A stretch of DNA of 64,000 nt from Porphyridium purpureum (lineage: Eukaryota): assembly GCA_008690995.1 (NCBI GenBank), contig VRMN01000001.1, forward strand, positions 868,001-932,000. The letters run 5' to 3'. Positions 40,801-48,833 of this stretch are shown here, one piece after another; within the stretch, counting starts at the first letter, position 1, and each line of letters opens with the position of its first letter. Position numbers and translations under genes: made by a program. The notes beneath the pieces are model-generated. The model was given only the letters and a program-made list of their open reading frames with translations. It was not told the origin of the DNA and ran no database searches.

Positions 40801-43699
40801 TTTCCACGCTCTTGAGCTCAGCCACGTGTTTGACTCGAGCGCGCATCTCCAGCATCTCTTTAAGGAGTACTACGTCCAGCAACTTGACCGTCAGAAGATG
40901 ACACTTGTGGCATCCAACCAGCTGCTGGGTAACCCGTCAGGTCTCTTCAATTCTATTGCAATGGGTGCTCGCGACTTTTTCGCGGAGCCCGCACGCGTTA
41001 GCTCGCAAGGAGGCTCGTTTGACTTTCTTGCCGGCATCGGGCGCGGCTCATCATCGCTTCTTACATCGACTCTTGGTGGAATTCTGAATTCGGTGGCTGG
41101 TATCCCGCGCGCTGTTGCGATGGGTCTTGAAGTCGCGCTGGGTGACAGCGAATTCCTTGCGGAGCGTGAATCAATCCGTTCCTTGCATCGCCAGGCGCCG
41201 TCGCCTGCGTCGGGCCTAGTGACGGGTGTGTTGTGCTTTGGGCACGGTGTAGCATCTGGCACCGTGGGCCTCTTTCGCGACCCAGTGCTGGGCGCGCAAC
41301 AGGATGGTATCAACGGTCTTGTGGCTGGCATGTGGCACGGCGTCGCCGGACTTGCCATCAAGCCTTTGACGGGTGTGCTAGATCTCGTCTCGCAGCCAAT
41401 TTCTGGTATTCATTCAGTTGTGCGCTCATCCCGCTTCCGCTTCCACCGAGGTACGGGCAGTGCAGGTTCTCCCTCCACATTTACAATCACGCAGGCTTCG
41501 ACGTGTGACTGTTCTGCAGTGATATCCGCGAGTGAGCACAGGGGAGAAAAGTATCCAGATGCAGCAGCGACGCACCACTTGATGAAGACATTCTGCTGCT
41601 TGTGCGCCTTTTGCGATGTACCGTTGCTTATTCGACCAGCACGCTCCGGCCTCGTACTCGGATCGGGATCGACGTCTGGACGGGGATCATCATACGCCGC
41701 GGACCACCCGAGACTTCGGCGATATGACTTTCACATGGCGCTTGGTGCCGATCTTTTGAGCGCGGCGCAGCGAAGTGAAAGCGGAGCTGTAGGTAGCGGT
41801 GGAGTTGGCAGTGGCTCCAGCGAGTCTGTGCTGAACTGGGTGGCTTTACTGAACACACGGGAAGAGCTTGACTACCATTTGGCTGATGTCATTGCTGCTC
41901 ATTTGAGCGCCCGCAGCCATTACAGGGACGACGGGAACTTCGACTTGGATGCTTTCAAAGTTCGTGTAGAGACGAAGATAAGCCGAGAAATTCTCGAAGT
42001 GCTTTGGCTCATTCGGGTGCATCTGGACCTAGTGCGTAGTATACCTGACACACCTGCAGCTGCAAGTAAGCCAAGCTGGGACATTGTTCTGGCACATGCG
42101 CCGTCGTGCGGCGCGCTGGTGCTTCGTCGCGCGGCAGAGTCAGCTGGGGTTGTCGAGCCAGCTGATGTGCGGTTCGCGGTTATGACGTCGTCTCGATTGC
42201 TGATTGTCACCTTGAATGGGGCGCTGGTGTGGCAGTGTGGCCTCGAGCGCATTGCGGAGGTGCGCGCTTTGCGAGGCTCAGGCGCGGGAAATGATATCGC
42301 GCTCTTCGTGCTTTTTGCGCATGAAAGCTTTCCTGCGCCTTTGCCCATCAAGCGGACGCGGCAGGACGCATCAGCATCGCGGTCTATGTCGTCCCTGTCG
42401 CTGGAATCGCACGTGCAGACAGTCAATTGTGGCTCAGTGCGCGCGCGCGACGACTTGATTGCCATGGTTCGTGCAGAGTTGCTGCACAGGCTTCAAGACA
42501 GGGGAAAGGTTTCATTCGCAGGAGCTGATGATCGGGCGAGTGAAATGCAGGACTTGTCCATGCTAGGAGCCGTTCGGCGAGACTCAAGCTCGCACGTGCT
42601 CGATATATTGAGAGACGAAAAAGACGTGCGCAGCAAAAAGCTAGGTCCTCTTGTTTCTGATTCCAAGGCCTCAGTAGGTGGCGCAATCGGTGTGGATAGT
42701 GCGTTCACGACATGGCCTGGGCGCCGCGGATTCAAGCCATTGATAGGTGTTCATGCAGTGCGCTTGGCTGACGATGAAGCGAGGGAATGCGCGCGGCTGA
42801 GCGCAAGCGTTCGTGCTCTGACGCTCGGGGCCCCGTTGGGCATGATCGCGGCTCGGTCACTACGAATCGTGCTTGTGAATGGAACAAACTCACTCTTTAG
42901 TCTTGTTGACATGCAGTGCGAGCACGGGGTGTGGCATTCCCCGCCACCAGCACGCCTAAGGGCGCACAGTGTTGCGCTTGGGGAAGTGTACCTGAGCGCC
43001 TCTTACTTGGAAGACGTGCGCTTGTTTCTTCTTTATGAGTTTTCTGACACTGATGGATATGGCAGCAGTGACCATCGCGCGACGGAGCTGCTCGTACTTG
43101 CCTGTGTGAGTGCCGCACTGGTTCCGAACTCATACGTTGCCCGCTCTTCGTGCATGTCGCTTACTGTGCAGCATGAGCTTGGCCAAGGAGACCATGCCAC
43201 CGTTCTGTTTACCATGCGTCGTCTGAATTCCGAACCACACGATGCTCCAGGCAGAAGATTGGATTTGCGGCTTATTCCGCGTGGGCGAAACAGCAGCAGG
43301 AGTCTTATGTACGACTTACTGCCAAAGCGATCAAGCTCCAGCTTTGTCAGAAACCGCAGTGCTCCTTCTTTGGTGCGCGCGTTTGGATCACCCACACCGA
43401 TCGCCTCTTCTTTTCAGACTACGCATGTGGGTAACCTGGGCTTATCTGCCCGCGACCCACGCCAATTCCGAGTAGCCGAAGCCGGCGCGGCCTTTGGCCC
43501 GGCGTCTGACTGGGATGCTCGCAAATGGCAGCGCGAGATACTGCAACGCAAGAGAGAGAGCCTGTTGCTTGAGTTGCTCTCTCTAGGCTTTCTAGAGGAC
43601 GAAGTACGAGCTGCTCTGGTCAATGTGCAAGCTGGCGACACACTAGCCGACATTCTCCAGGTGCTCACGCGCGCTCCCTGTAGATACTATCCAATGTAA
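28817..43699 (+). CDS. VPS13: VPS13-family bridge-like lipid transfer protein (~4960 aa, single ORF)
   Basis: Chorein-N MFEGIVADLLTRVLGRYVKGIDRESISLGVWSG..VPWKNL; WVPFVEPW; VAB/SHR-BD-like repeats (PPYRIVN, RYAWDEP); IADLQMDN; ATG2_C-like LLGNPSGLFNSIAMGARDFFAEP and GLAIKPLTGVLDLVSQ. Confidence 0.93.
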   Translation: MFEGIVADLLTRVLGRYVKGIDRESISLGVWSGTIEFSDLEVQHEALELLFETLGLSLSLQVEAGIVAKLSVLVPWKNLRTQPVQISLNGIRVLARPSKLDALNHVKRNGRVKKAQLDADDALRQTAWMTQSADTAKNATSSTATASHAASSTSARTSRPESSRVGGIADLTSSLMTPIAENVIISVQNVEIVYVDDLSDKEHPFCARLQVNAFSLRNLPIEPDEEAQHARKVLNVESVSLSWSPLPLIQAHRRRDFHGLFAKRVESERDILRDLCGAITLSWVEGPIPDSVSCKDAASHSPSSQNCWTYPRVDISVHFPSAKVEIDEFQYSTLLKAVAWFAETELSQTAFAAPRTLSSPRERWKWVLNVLLPGVSESLKEARLLQPVELRATLDQINRYVMARVELFKALRQNKRPRRDAAAIVERMELDMPFFQITALRDIADFRLQLELRATAVPSSASPPSVVTTEKAEGKQLHGREHGNAVQPPSSFRWNLFRKTKVDQPVSASTRSLSPVQLERENSVGQIDHRVGVTVAVPVKVAPPVEKALATEDIQEFSKSWPSVGDIERNLTSESTHSGAELRNDVVTRSQSREGQGSAMKATQQSVARRPSFVRTASAKSISSSATGTPPLISRETSKTGVVASLSAQPRSHIIPLDLRLSARIDKCLIVLYNGGFPSAKESNRGHMHAASMGSSDACRSSFCELVLDSLGCVFEFGQDTAELGVLLDSWSARDPRQGAEVVYPRMRHRGNHFNHTHHKSEGGNSDFEFSAVQDKDMSAAQRRQDPFCISHTGSLRPRASQVVQEAVDRISAVRTCAGMSVSSGNLDVHDGAASSGPLLAVRLVHTRRQKVEAEFESNEIWCDCCDDNRQSDDESEQFESIAHINEDGKCDKCGLRPNLGLSVALGPMDAVLDGENGAFANVLRFLTPPSEVLPVVSLLSSIAASQLGLLRRQIVLLHHAKNRRAAPVKMHVHFACPRFVLPCSARALLLPTFGDQPAIDRVLQEHGLQAEKDKETQVVLIEMAMLSFTNAMERKPRFESVGYTTVLWSLRDASAWLSARGTQNAVWVRVARNVFAFEWKHAVRLGHVDRVDILAHRLNANDAVLAVSSDSNMGTKQEYATTNVVDVSTVDFAATTDKLRELAQWSFLRSVYLQISSRFKRKTPTFLPHDMSNQAGTSGLAPTSEASWVAVYEAAVRRTYLPIFYAHQLHSSQKISGSGGSAEAREREIAATAAAKIGKWSFTCRISSIRASLKQSTSDYSSRMGSPSGKVCSLHLNRVSSMLHSLKGPARISGNFSVESILLNDSTRHSLAPQGELFRGTGTGNSIATLEAPGPFLKLAIDESMQSYVLELARIQIHCVKESWLKIAKLLFEARRESIVPKDRQVHSELREKHGGAWLNENSSSVTVRIAAFFEARTRFVAKCRIDESTISFLSPCGLIGQTVISGAFFSAGFVSVSRSNDEHIQLTGSLDSIIVRDVTTRVEDHEEVFKYVRDKTLTGRLSDQITFTLPRTMLCAWMYRRDEHDKDGISTRGETGSKADVVDGPAASVYVLLSGVRVVYLQRSASLLRTFLMDIFEAFQDLAWEDQLIKTQSNQCSTNFFDGIFPALPVLPPALAHSPISTPAFTQASAWERRKSFPLSFEFVLKDLGVMMPRHSYNEHEALVLFMKQCSVKSESTPSAGYCVSIGITVSGLDGYVEYTAEATTDPGLSSSAAWQWESDDMEKQLQQARARGMQRVSWGAWNSQSRGGTSSNVRPRPSRFLLNHDMELKVDMFRVVPLPQNASAQKSARENDVFGVEFVIGLLMEQGLVVDQADEFGTKDVLVAQNRYLPVLRVRCVGTSELTLVMSEAEYSIMYFVATENFTERAHGIAFGTEVTNHDFDLTEGVQGRRLPSYFRPEQQIVGMIPSIKVEIVRGDRNASIGRLAATSLCKVHVTNATFVASLEVGSKLMVELHADLDRVVDTRSVDGEDGEGQSCSGAFATTVVRSASQSPSRVPNRSLCFRYSRPFEHAPELVGELQGLSALVLSDFMATVAFDLCIPGDAFLLTTPESPTCVFRGRSAVLTLKQCDCWLPVEQALPEDREIGIDPRALVLDTEAVALKVLWEPGTRERTYDLRVCGFECAVSMLPSFFLSGKGQVLPGWDEESRGASLSADQFQKQQALHFELGMSSAGMGVENCMDALPGTGAVPDRTAGVLDEETLSRNFGIHPDVYPAVHQTHRRSVSIVPGNQAAAMAGSVAAGAQSKVPIVYPCELFFISDLSAHEFVRENGLRGADGKSLATNPQLCRRLRASASQVTVCVDLADVHLLLAVARRLAKPLTDFDSQGKRLSAAKSHAPDVSAAASVARPAVGFQVGLSITMLQLLLTKSSLGRMPKPAAPALSWTPQRPLLEMAVPSFEVHASTSGSSPSQALMDFQIRLQCTCALNLYRDLLGDWVPFVEPWTFSARLGRSSSKSERVVVAEDLSNAAAMPSRLVNGRISSHNHLDVNLTPLAVSVMVQITEALREAGKPWGRNGAALPPPTAISNRLRSSYRTSCFFVENKTGRSFALSFHHNPRRVALRPNDSAEINLPIAGSAQQQAFLIWMLSGMHSRPRASFLNSQEVQVRPEDYLCCNLLLPGYETARLSVSNPGLKRVRLAPVIQDSTAQASPAGSRSSARKKAVAPPLEFVWEVRIENGIPRGVLRSLLTLTNQTNSVLQVLLGEGSQALCHTIAPACTFHVPILWVERSVRVRPLVEDGRKELGTLHHRHAADQAQQQKPTRLGVSATGRTCELEASLECREYKPSSSASSGDGRILAGSMSDLNLLRMHHATAGVSGNSSAGDISDVIHAGVDQDDVQKSLHFYDWSHPLPRVSSLSSAAEAGSSFLQRQRPAAASGSSRYGKRQGSMHFERAALFVSCKRSIEDRSTWGTVAGDAEETTAADLMNSDNGMQLRMGAESYSKTATDEQKDTGPLKNQGKVQKFQQRQQIPDFHLTLVPVLGAVGTLDVALCAPLSFRNLLPRPLMLQIKQKARAGQVVVGDRDRERRHHDAHVGRRHEDLYVCRALVYIQPFQTVRVHAFSPLETSLYVSGCYSNMNEKAVENASDSTLLESWCRFGTLASLAAKAASIEVEPPLNSDTDAPSGPAAVLGASTKRDKPLAPPYHTAAALVVHFDTSGSEDDINSSIGTNEKVFYAKFWIRNRSVLPVRCRDRSRQKLNGVVELIPHSLLSTRSPHSPSEEFLCLSGPFVAFQGMKGAPLVLPGGDTGMVERAHFANRDILSASTSSARAPESNKRWVSLPYELWDIDKAVYFNVSGWDMVLEVVPGNGELYRSTMATIRCPWWIGNLTSHDLEWRPALSSASLSSSSTSSSSAGYSGGLTARGHAAQEHPVPSMSWRPVQVSSFSRERSIQIRIRDQDRDIASAWEWSNPVQLRADAGATLFLKLYHPKTHGQYIAELAIQDLRGGARGILVHAQDPDSPPYRIVNACADHDIAFCQIDPQHGYNSGSAARPFWLVHPGHSTRYAWDEPHVRHRLLAVQIISRVPEHSALVPTAEFEISIDIVSALILLKAGSAWKVFVQVVDSTKVVTIQDACEDDLQGASPTAGTSASHMTRAAVFVDLDVESSRSVLKRQFSSHVQTTLGPGLSVKKMSVDSERGFRRGIPTLPASTGGGRGEESESRALPTGMVEEPSHSLLQNFQFLVDLWLPSVGLSIVDLGGLQWSPSPQAANARIQHDEELLYVLATGVEFTAESRWGCESVVASFSIADLQMDNVLPAATWGVALWFPADRGSASVSVSQSRGANTGRRKSNSLLKRVSSDMHSAGGWQWWMRASRQGRPVIRVVLEMLVTDNMWRHGDKVVPRTVMIKNIRSQVYPLVIQLDEEIVARCSHLIFQLDTLCKESPSTPISSACASYPVATPTLVEVDSTCEPMHSNLSSISPLADGSIGSSAARKAQSTLVYIEHVLVSNIEIDLSFASSSRRESQLRFKTEANALIRALLATVGNVEKAALIFHALELSHVFDSSAHLQHLFKEYYVQQLDRQKMTLVASNQLLGNPSGLFNSIAMGARDFFAEPARVSSQGGSFDFLAGIGRGSSSLLTSTLGGILNSVAGIPRAVAMGLEVALGDSEFLAERESIRSLHRQAPSPASGLVTGVLCFGHGVASGTVGLFRDPVLGAQQDGINGLVAGMWHGVAGLAIKPLTGVLDLVSQPISGIHSVVRSSRFRFHRGTGSAGSPSTFTITQASTCDCSAVISASEHRGEKYPDAAATHHLMKTFCCLCAFCDVPLLIRPARSGLVLGSGSTSGRGSSYAADHPRLRRYDFHMALGADLLSAAQRSESGAVGSGGVGSGSSESVLNWVALLNTREELDYHLADVIAAHLSARSHYRDDGNFDLDAFKVRVETKISREILEVLWLIRVHLDLVRSIPDTPAAASKPSWDIVLAHAPSCGALVLRRAAESAGVVEPADVRFAVMTSSRLLIVTLNGALVWQCGLERIAEVRALRGSGAGNDIALFVLFAHESFPAPLPIKRTRQDASASRSMSSLSLESHVQTVNCGSVRARDDLIAMVRAELLHRLQDRGKVSFAGADDRASEMQDLSMLGAVRRDSSSHVLDILRDEKDVRSKKLGPLVSDSKASVGGAIGVDSAFTTWPGRRGFKPLIGVHAVRLADDEARECARLSASVRALTLGAPLGMIAARSLRIVLVNGTNSLFSLVDMQCEHGVWHSPPPARLRAHSVALGEVYLSASYLEDVRLFLLYEFSDTDGYGSSDHRATELLVLACVSAALVPNSYVARSSCMSLTVQHELGQGDHATVLFTMRRLNSEPHDAPGRRLDLRLIPRGRNSSRSLMYDLLPKRSSSSFVRNRSAPSLVRAFGSPTPIASSFQTTHVGNLGLSARDPRQFRVAEAGAAFGPASDWDARKWQREILQRKRESLLLELLSLGFLEDEVRAALVNVQAGDTLADILQVLTRAPCRYYPM

Positions 43700-43816
43700 G
43701 CACAAAATGTTCTATGTACAGTGAGAAAGGAGCGGAACGTGGAATCCCACAGCCAAACGTTGCTTGTCATCCGAGGCGGCGAAGAGCGACACGGATGATT
43801 CTGGGGCAGGGCTGTC

Positions 43817-46800
43817 TTACAATGAGGCGAGCGCGCCGTCGATAATTTCATCCAGGAAAAGAGCTGCACAGTAGCGTGCGTCCAGCGAGTGCTCAACACG
43901 GAGCAGGAGCTCGCAAAGTACTTCCGATGCCAGATGGCTCTCGCTCCCAACCAAGGGACTTTGGGAAATCACGAGCTGGTAGGCACACTTGTCGACGAGA
44001 TTCCGCACGCCTTGATCCGCCCGGGCCAAGTTCGGCCGGATTTCGGACAGCCTCGCACAGATACACGCCGACTTGTGGATGAACATTGATGTTGCTTCCT
44101 CCATCTTCGACTCTCTTTTCTCATACAGCGGCGCGGATGGCCCACTGCATTCCAACACGCAGAAGCCCAGCGCATCGTCCAGCAAGAGCAATGGGATCAC
44201 CAGTCCTTGCAGCACGGATAAACTGAGCTCAATTTCAGTGTGCAGCGGGGAGAGCTCACAGCTCAGGAATATACGCGGAATCTGCACCATTGACAATCCA
44301 AACGTGCGCGCTTTGCGCACACACAAGTCTGCAAAATCTGATACCAAATTACCACCACACGTCACCCACGCAATGTCCAGTCGAAAGCACATATCCGGGC
44401 GGTAGTACGGGTCGTATGTCACAACCAACCAGTCGCTGTCGTACCCACCACCGCTCTTTTGTGCGCCCATGTCTAGTTTCGTGAGCCGTCTAGGTGTGAT
44501 GTCGGGTCCTTCCGAAGAGGACGCAACGCGCTGGGTGTAGTCAACCCATACGCCGCGCGGATTTGGATCTCGCGTATCACTAGCATCGTATTGTACCGAG
44601 CGAACCGAAAAGGACCTCGACTTGTCCCCTCGATATTTTGCTTTGAGCCAGCCTACAAAGTTCTGAAAGGCATCCAGAGCGCCCTGCCACTCAACTAAAT
44701 TGCTCCTAGCGCCTCGGCGGTAAGGCTTTACAGGGGGTGTGAGCATGAAGCTGACATTGCGGCAGCCGAAGGCTTCTAGATCAGATGCATCCAAGTCGCC
44801 GTACGTTGCGTACCCGCTTACGAGCAGCTGGTCCAAATTGTTCCATTTGATCTCGTTCTCCTGCCTGCACATCAAGTTGATTCTTCGTGACGAGAAACAG
44901 CCAAGCGCAGCATTCCAGAGGGAGAAATCGTATTCAACATTTGTGGAGGCTTGAATGCGCTTGGTGCGTTGAACGTATCGACGAACTTCAACCGATAGAT
45001 TCTCTGGGCGGAGCAGCAGCTCGTGATACTCTCTGCCTTTGGTGAGTAAACAGCGTGTAGTTCCCAGCATCGAGCTATTCATCCTCGCATTGGATGTGCG
45101 CAAACTGTTGAACCGGTACTGGTCAGCACGACGCAAGCTCTTCTCATAGAGCTCTCGGCTGTCCAAGTTTTTCACGAACAATTCATCAGACGCACCTACC
45201 ACGACTTGGTAATCCATAACCATGCGCTGACATACAAGCTCCTTCAGGAGCGCGCGCGTCGAGTCACCGTACACTCCATCCGACGTGCGCGGAAGGAATA
45301 ATGTATGCACATACTGGACAAATGTGTCTTGCTGAAGCAGTGCCAAATCTGGCGCATAATCTGTCGTCAGAGGCAACACAGCTGGCTGTACCAGAGATTT
45401 CCACATCCAAGCGCGCAGCCCGAAGTGCATGAGTTCATATGTCGACATCGAGTCATTTGAGCTGCGTAATTTGTTCATCTCGCGGGATCCTGGACTCGCA
45501 AAAACCGCGGACCCACCATCCACCCCTTGGTGCGCCTCAATCGAAGAAGCCCCGGCCGCCACCCGTCGCTTGTCCATTTGCTCCCAGCCGATGGTGGATC
45601 CTTCATGCACCCACTTGGTGCCCACCATCACGAGGTTTTGGTCCCACACTGGAAGTGCGTGGGCCCAGCGACGCCGGTTTGTCGAGCGCCGGCTGGTAAC
45701 AAACGCCTCTGATTCATCGATACGCAACGGGTTGAACGCTGAGTGATGCAGCACCTGCGGCGACTGGTGACCCAGGGCGCCGGGTGTCACTGCATTGGAC
45801 AAATTCCTGAAGCTCCGCGAAGAGCGCACGCGGGACATTTTGGCCATGTCCAATGCAGACGGCCTTGCTTGCAATCCACGCTGATGTATTTGTTGCCTTT
45901 GCTGTTGTGATTGTTGCATCTGCTGATCCTGATGCAGCAGCTGCTGATGTTGTTGGTTTTCAGGGAGCTTGTCCAAATTGAGTTCACTGGCTTGAGGGGA
46001 AAATGAAACCTTTGACGGAGTTCTTGTTGACTGAGAATGTGCTCTTGTTTCTTCTTCGTTAACAGTCGCTCGGTTTCGCCGAAGCACGTGAGCAAGAAGA
46101 CTCATGGACGCGTGCGAATGGTGTAAATTCTGCTGGCGGACGGTCGAGCCTTTGCCCTGGCCCACCGGCAAAGGCGACTTATTTCCAGTAGGCGTCACAG
46201 CCTGATCCCTACCCAGAAGAGTTTGAACCGAGTCGTCTGCGTTCTGCTGGTGGTGCTGCTGCATATTTTCAAGACGCTCCAGTGTAAGCCGACTGGCTGG
46301 TCCGTCTGCTCCAGCGGCAGAGGGCTGAATTGCACTTGCGGGCTGGGGAGAAAACACGCCTTGTCGTAATGGCGCTGCGGCGTTGGCGGCGTGTAGGCTC
46401 ATGCGAGTCGTTCCTTGCTTTTGGAACAACTTGCTATCGTAAGCCATCATAGCTTCGGCTCCCCGCGACCACGAGTGATCGATTGGTGACTGCGTACGTA
46501 CGCTTGGTTGTGTATCTGACGCCAGACCCGCCGCTCCTTTTGCATCGTGAGCTGTGGAAGCACTCATCGTATGAAATGTCTTCTCCCGGTTCGGGAAAAA
46601 CATTTTTGAGTGATGCAGATCGAAGAACATGGAAGAAGGCTCAATCATTTCTAGCTTCTCCTCCAACTTTGCATCAATAAATCTCACATGCAGCCAAAGT
46701 CCGGGGACACCATATTTCTTCAAAGGGCGTGTTTCTCTAGCAGCACAATTTGAGCCCGGGCCAGATGCGCTGCTCGCGCTCTGATTCCCGAGCGTCGCTG

Positions 46801-48571
46801 ATCCGCTCACAAATCCTCCTGTATCACCTGCGCGAAGGCTATCAATGACAGAAGATGTACTGACGCTCGTTGTAGTGGCAGCTGGTGAGTGTATCCCTCC
46901 GCCGCCTCCGCCTTTTTGGAAAGATTTGCGCAATTCGGATTCTGGGAAGAAACCGTGTCGAAATACTGTATTCGGCTCAACCCATTTATCCGAACCAGTG
47001 TCCGAAGCTACGCTCGCACCTGTTCCGGAGGGCATCTTGCTGTCTGTGTATATAAACAGTGGGCATATGTACGGCGGCGGGAACGCCATTGAGATGATAT
47101 CACATGATATACCAGATTCAATCATGCGAAGTTTGGTCAATTTTGCAATGGATCGGTCGACCGTCATGATGCCGTTTCCAGCGGTGAAAACAACAATGCT
47201 CTTTCCCGTTAGCTTGAATGATCGATCCGCGTTCACATTTCCCATTGCGCTTAGCGCCGTGTTGATAGCCTCCAAAAGATTTCCCCGTTGCGCGCTTGAA
47301 TTGATCCCCATGCGTTCACCCCGGGCGGAGCTGAACCTAGCCGTCTGAGAATCCGACAACTGTGCCTGCAATTCCTTTTTCAGCTCCACAAAGCGATTCG
47401 AAGCCTTTGCCATTTTCTTTCGCCGAGGTCGCAGGCTTTGGCCCAAGCCTCGATTCGCGTCCTCCCCGCCGCTACTTTCAGAAGAATCTTCGCGCACCGA
47501 TGTTGGATGCGTTTTGTATATATCTTGACATACATCCCATCCGATCCGTTCGGCAAACGAGTAAAAACGTTCCTTCAGCCTTCGGACAAAGTCTGGACGA
47601 CTCTTCAGATAGTCACTCACGCGCGGTACATCAAAGACCACCTCGTAGAAGTCTTGACTCGCAGGAGGCTGCGAGGCGCCGTCCTCATAAAACATGCGCG
47701 CAAAGAACACAATAGTAAGCTTGTGCTTGACGCCGCGCTCCCGCCAGTTCGCGATTACGGACTGGAGAAAGTCAAGAAGCAGCTCAAAGTATAGCCTACC
47801 GTCGCGCGAAAAGTACCACATCTCGCGAGACAGTTGCACAAGCCAGAAAATTCGACACGAAAGCGAGCGGAACGCCAGCTTTGTGTCGTGAGTGATGAAG
47901 CCTGAGCGCACACGCTGGCCGGACCGTAACAATTCATTGACCTGTGCAAAGACATCTCCGCGTGAGATGAGTTTGCGCAGATGCACAGCCGAATTACTGA
48001 GAACAAGCTTGAGTCGCCACATTTCACTCGAGCTGATGTATTGATCCACAAACGTGAGCTCCATGAAGTCCAACCGGAAACTTTCCTCGTGCACTTTCCT
48101 TACGAGGACGGGACTGTATGAGCTTAGTCCAAACAGTTCGGCCACCGTATTCAGCACGCTCACCTGTGCTACATTTTTCCCTGAGGTCGGTGCGAGAAAC
48201 TCCACTTGCAACACCAGATCCGATGAGAGCGATGCCTGTCCAAGCTCTGTCTCAGGACTGCTTAGTGAGACACGACGTGACACGGGCGGCGAAGGACCGC
48301 CTCCTGCCACGACACGCGTTAATTGCGACGGGCGCACTACACCAGTCTGCGGAGTTCCGCTGCTCGCAGTACCGCCGGCGCCTGCAGCAGGCACTGGCAA
48401 GCCGGAAGATGTTGAGCCTGCTGAGTCGTCCTTTGCGTTGCCTGCGACCAACACCAGCTGCACGAGATCGCCGCTGCGCAAATGCGGGAAATGGTGTGGA
48501 TTCAGCAGCAGCTCGGCGCCATTCTGATACGACTTGTCATGCAAACGCAGCGAAAACGTCGCTGCGTTCAT
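43817..48571 (-). CDS. DEPDC5: GATOR1/SEACIT subunit DEPDC5/Iml1 homolog
   Basis: ELLLNPHHFP, ELTFVDQYISSSEMWRL, FRSLSCRIFWLVQLSREMW, QDFYEVV, GNLLEAINTAL, TNRRRWAH, WKSLVQPAVLPLTTDY, LKELVCQRM. Start at MNAATF (48571). Confidence 0.92.
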   Translation of the reverse strand: MNAATFSLRLHDKSYQNGAELLLNPHHFPHLRSGDLVQLVLVAGNAKDDSAGSTSSGLPVPAAGAGGTASSGTPQTGVVRPSQLTRVVAGGGPSPPVSRRVSLSSPETELGQASLSSDLVLQVEFLAPTSGKNVAQVSVLNTVAELFGLSSYSPVLVRKVHEESFRLDFMELTFVDQYISSSEMWRLKLVLSNSAVHLRKLISRGDVFAQVNELLRSGQRVRSGFITHDTKLAFRSLSCRIFWLVQLSREMWYFSRDGRLYFELLLDFLQSVIANWRERGVKHKLTIVFFARMFYEDGASQPPASQDFYEVVFDVPRVSDYLKSRPDFVRRLKERFYSFAERIGWDVCQDIYKTHPTSVREDSSESSGGEDANRGLGQSLRPRRKKMAKASNRFVELKKELQAQLSDSQTARFSSARGERMGINSSAQRGNLLEAINTALSAMGNVNADRSFKLTGKSIVVFTAGNGIMTVDRSIAKLTKLRMIESGISCDIISMAFPPPYICPLFIYTDSKMPSGTGASVASDTGSDKWVEPNTVFRHGFFPESELRKSFQKGGGGGGIHSPAATTTSVSTSSVIDSLRAGDTGGFVSGSATLGNQSASSASGPGSNCAARETRPLKKYGVPGLWLHVRFIDAKLEEKLEMIEPSSMFFDLHHSKMFFPNREKTFHTMSASTAHDAKGAAGLASDTQPSVRTQSPIDHSWSRGAEAMMAYDSKLFQKQGTTRMSLHAANAAAPLRQGVFSPQPASAIQPSAAGADGPASRLTLERLENMQQHHQQNADDSVQTLLGRDQAVTPTGNKSPLPVGQGKGSTVRQQNLHHSHASMSLLAHVLRRNRATVNEEETRAHSQSTRTPSKVSFSPQASELNLDKLPENQQHQQLLHQDQQMQQSQQQRQQIHQRGLQARPSALDMAKMSRVRSSRSFRNLSNAVTPGALGHQSPQVLHHSAFNPLRIDESEAFVTSRRSTNRRRWAHALPVWDQNLVMVGTKWVHEGSTIGWEQMDKRRVAAGASSIEAHQGVDGGSAVFASPGSREMNKLRSSNDSMSTYELMHFGLRAWMWKSLVQPAVLPLTTDYAPDLALLQQDTFVQYVHTLFLPRTSDGVYGDSTRALLKELVCQRMVMDYQVVVGASDELFVKNLDSRELYEKSLRRADQYRFNSLRTSNARMNSSMLGTTRCLLTKGREYHELLLRPENLSVEVRRYVQRTKRIQASTNVEYDFSLWNAALGCFSSRRINLMCRQENEIKWNNLDQLLVSGYATYGDLDASDLEAFGCRNVSFMLTPPVKPYRRGARSNLVEWQGALDAFQNFVGWLKAKYRGDKSRSFSVRSVQYDASDTRDPNPRGVWVDYTQRVASSSEGPDITPRRLTKLDMGAQKSGGGYDSDWLVVTYDPYYRPDMCFRLDIAWVTCGGNLVSDFADLCVRKARTFGLSMVQIPRIFLSCELSPLHTEIELSLSVLQGLVIPLLLLDDALGFCVLECSGPSAPLYEKRESKMEEATSMFIHKSACICARLSEIRPNLARADQGVRNLVDKCAYQLVISQSPLVGSESHLASEVLCELLLRVEHSLDARYCAALFLDEIIDGALASL

Positions 48572-48833
48572 GCTCAATGGAGACTCTTGCCATGCACACA
48601 AACACGCACAATCCCACTTTGCCCCGACACGCCACACGCACGCACATCGCTCGCTGAAAAATAAAATAATCATAATGATTACTATATTTAATTTATTAAT
48701 TAAGTTTTGGAAGAGTGAAACAAAAGAAGAAGAAAAAGCAAGCGGAAGATCGATGAAGCGCGGTCGATTGGAGAGGAGGGGCGGGACGGGACGACGACGG
48801 ACGTGACTGCGCGGTTTCCTGCAGTGCGCGAAG

